This document shows, piece after piece, positions 62,458 to 64,000 of a stretch of DNA of 64,000 bases. The notes beneath the pieces are model-generated. The model was not told the origin of the DNA. It ran no database searches and was given only the letters and a program-made list of their open reading frames with translations. Origin of the DNA: an uncultured Acidobacteriaceae bacterium (lineage in GTDB: Bacteria > Acidobacteriota > Terriglobia > Terriglobales > Acidobacteriaceae); assembly GCA_963735545.1 (NCBI GenBank), contig CAVTLU010000010.1:29062-93061 (forward strand). Reading direction: 5' to 3'. The position numbers were made by a program, and so were the translations under genes. Positions within the stretch are counted from its first letter, which is position 1, and each line of letters starts with the position of its first letter.

Positions 62458-63855
62458 TTAGTGACTAGAGATTTCTCCTGGCGTGCGCCGGATCTCCACG
62501 CCGATCAGTTGCCCTGGAAACCCGCCGTCCGAAAACACCGCTTGCCCGCGCAGGTAGGTCGCCTCGACCCGTCCCCGCAGTTTTTCTCCTAAATATGGAG
62601 AAACGGGATGCCGGTAATGCAACTGCTCCGCGCTCACCGAAAACTCGGCATCCGGATCGAATACCACAAAGTCCGCATCGTAGCCCTCGGCGATTCGCCC
62701 CTTGCGCTCATGGAACCCGGCCAGCCGCGCCGGTTGTTCAGATATCCATCGTGCGATGTCATCCAGTCCGAAGCCCCGTCTGCTCGCGCCAGTCCACACC
62801 ACTGGCAGGGCCACCGAAAGGCTCGAGATGCCTCCCCACGCGGTTCTGAAATTGCCTTCCTCCAACTGCTTCATGGCGGGCGGACATGGGGAATGGTCGG
62901 TCGCTATCAGATCGATGATTCCCTCGCGCAGCCCACGCCACAATTCTTCGCGGTTTTCACGGCTCCGGATCGGGGGCGCGCATTTGTGCAGAGTCGCACC
63001 ATCTCCGATATCTTCAGCCGCGAAATGGAGATAGTGCGGGCACGTCTCCACGCTCACGCCCAGCCCCTCTGCACGCGCCGCCTGAAGCAAGGGAAGCGCC
63101 CGCCCGGTTGCAAGGTGCACGATGTGCAGGCGGAAACGATATTCGCGGCACAGCACCAGGAGCAGCCGGATCGCGCATAATTCCGCTTCGTCCGGCCGCG
63201 ACTGGAGGTACGTCGAATACGATCTCCAATCGGCCCGAGCCAGGCGCTCTGTAGCAGAATCGACCGGGCCAGGAAGTTCCGCGTGGACGAGCAACGGCAA
63301 ACCGGTTCGGGCGAGATGAGGCAGTGCGGCCCTCAACTCTTGCTCGTTGACCATGGTGAAGCCGTCGATTCCCGGATGAACGAGAAAGCACTTGAATCCC
63401 GGCACGCCCGCCGCCGCGAGAGGCTCGATATCGCTCTGATTGTCGCAGACCACACCGCCCCATGATGCCCAATCGATCCGGCATTGGCCTGCCGCCGCCC
63501 GGCGCTTGGCATCGAGTGCGGCAACGGTGGTGGTCGCGGGCAGGCAGTTCAGCGGCATATCTACAAGCGTGGTATAGCCCCCTGCCGCGGCAGCACGCGT
63601 GGCCGTCGCGAAACCCTCCCACTCCGTCCGCCCCGGCTCGTTGATATGCACGTGAGAATCGACGAGGCCCGGTAAGATTGCGGCATCGCCGAAGTCGTGA
63701 ATCTCGAGGTCTGGGCTCTGGGCCGGGCTCGGCGCTTGTTCTGGAGGGACGACTGCGCGAATTTTCTCCCCTTCCACGAGGATCGCGCCGGGACGAGTGG
63801 CTTCCGGCGTCACCACCGAGTTGGAAAGAAAAATCTGCACAATTTCGTTCCCCAA
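62458..63855 (-). CDS. allB: Allantoinase (cyclic amidohydrolase)
   Basis: 465 aa. PGLVDSHVHINEPGRTEWEGF...T.AAAAGG.TT..DMPLN, FK.F, the HAE context and TDHSPC. Apparent TTG start at 63855. Confidence 0.88.
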   Translation of the reverse strand: MGNEIVQIFLSNSVVTPEATRPGAILVEGEKIRAVVPPEQAPSPAQSPDLEIHDFGDAAILPGLVDSHVHINEPGRTEWEGFATATRAAAAGGYTTLVDMPLNCLPATTTVAALDAKRRAAAGQCRIDWASWGGVVCDNQSDIEPLAAAGVPGFKCFLVHPGIDGFTMVNEQELRAALPHLARTGLPLLVHAELPGPVDSATERLARADWRSYSTYLQSRPDEAELCAIRLLLVLCREYRFRLHIVHLATGRALPLLQAARAEGLGVSVETCPHYLHFAAEDIGDGATLHKCAPPIRSRENREELWRGLREGIIDLIATDHSPCPPAMKQLEEGNFRTAWGGISSLSVALPVVWTGASRRGFGLDDIARWISEQPARLAGFHERKGRIAEGYDADFVVFDPDAEFSVSAEQLHYRHPVSPYLGEKLRGRVEATYLRGQAVFSDGGFPGQLIGVEIRRTPGEISSH

Positions 63856-63897
63856 AGCGACCGTCGCTACCCTGGATTACTGATCGCGATCCTATAG

Positions 63898-63975
63898 GAC
63901 CTCAGGCGCCAAAGCGCGTAACAGTTTCAGCGGCCTAGTGGCACGAGTGGAACTCGTGCCCTTCCCAAAACCACA
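63898..63975. repeat. Intergenic repeat family B copy
   Basis: gacctcaggcgccaaagcgcgtaacagtttcagcggcctagtggcacgagtggaactcgtgcccttcccaaaacc aligns with 51079-51156. Confidence 0.6.
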
Positions 63976-64000
63976 ATCCTCCTGCGCTTCCGCGTTCAAA

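Noticed and set aside
1-64000. CRISPR arrays, transposases, integrases, prophage genes, tRNA/rRNA genes and defence-system genes.
   Set aside because: No regularly spaced direct repeats are present, no DDE, tyrosine or serine recombinase-like ORFs, and no cloverleaf-like sequences in the spacers. The PNP, adenosine-deaminase and SAM-hydrolase-like genes look metabolic: they have full catabolic context and signal peptides. They do not look like Detocs, RADAR or anti-restriction-like defence components.

Overview
About 60% GC and almost fully coding. I call about 57 protein genes, and found no rRNA, tRNA, CRISPR array, transposase or integrase. The source is probably an Acidobacteriota (Terriglobia-like) chromosome. 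Three things point that way: two very large TonB-dependent receptors with carboxypeptidase-regulatory-like N-termini, a tandem nadA-motif (NAD+-I) riboswitch, and hairpin + CCCTTCCAAA intergenic repeats.

Left part (1-14 kb), housekeeping:
- nadA behind a tandem NAD+ riboswitch, and moaA behind a Moco-riboswitch-like leader.
- ETF alpha and beta plus ETF-ubiquinone oxidoreductase.
- Ig-like lipoproteins and several DUF proteins.

From about 14.4 kb to the right edge the window is an unusually dense island for nucleic-acid, nucleoside and nucleobase catabolism:
- (a) A TonB receptor followed by predicted exported enzymes: a frameshifted S1/P1 nuclease, a signal-peptide-bearing DUF62 SAM-hydrolase homologue and an ADA2-like adenosine deaminase. 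PunA is encoded among them.
- (b) An uncharacterised, translationally coupled operon: GuaD-like deaminase, FAD oxidase, creatininase-fold hydrolase, CocE/NonD hydrolase and a NitT/TauT-type ABC importer. It sits next to an FCY1-type cytosine deaminase.
- (c) A RidA, formamidase and AtzH/HpxZ-like operon.
- (d) add plus a reductive-pyrimidine cluster (beta-ureidopropionase, NCS1 permease, dihydropyrimidinase). It has a luciferase-like (LLM) oxidoreductase where a dihydropyrimidine dehydrogenase would be expected.
- (e) cdd-deoA-nupC, with deoC divergent.
- (f) A 9-gene, tightly overlapping operon for the whole route from xanthine to glyoxylate. It includes a fusion of the xanthine dehydrogenase FAD subunit with OHCU decarboxylase.

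No recognisable transcription factor is encoded anywhere in the window. Several families of intergenic inverted-repeat (REP/MITE-like) elements are present. All functional calls come from reading the translated ORFs and recognising family motifs by eye. No database search was run.
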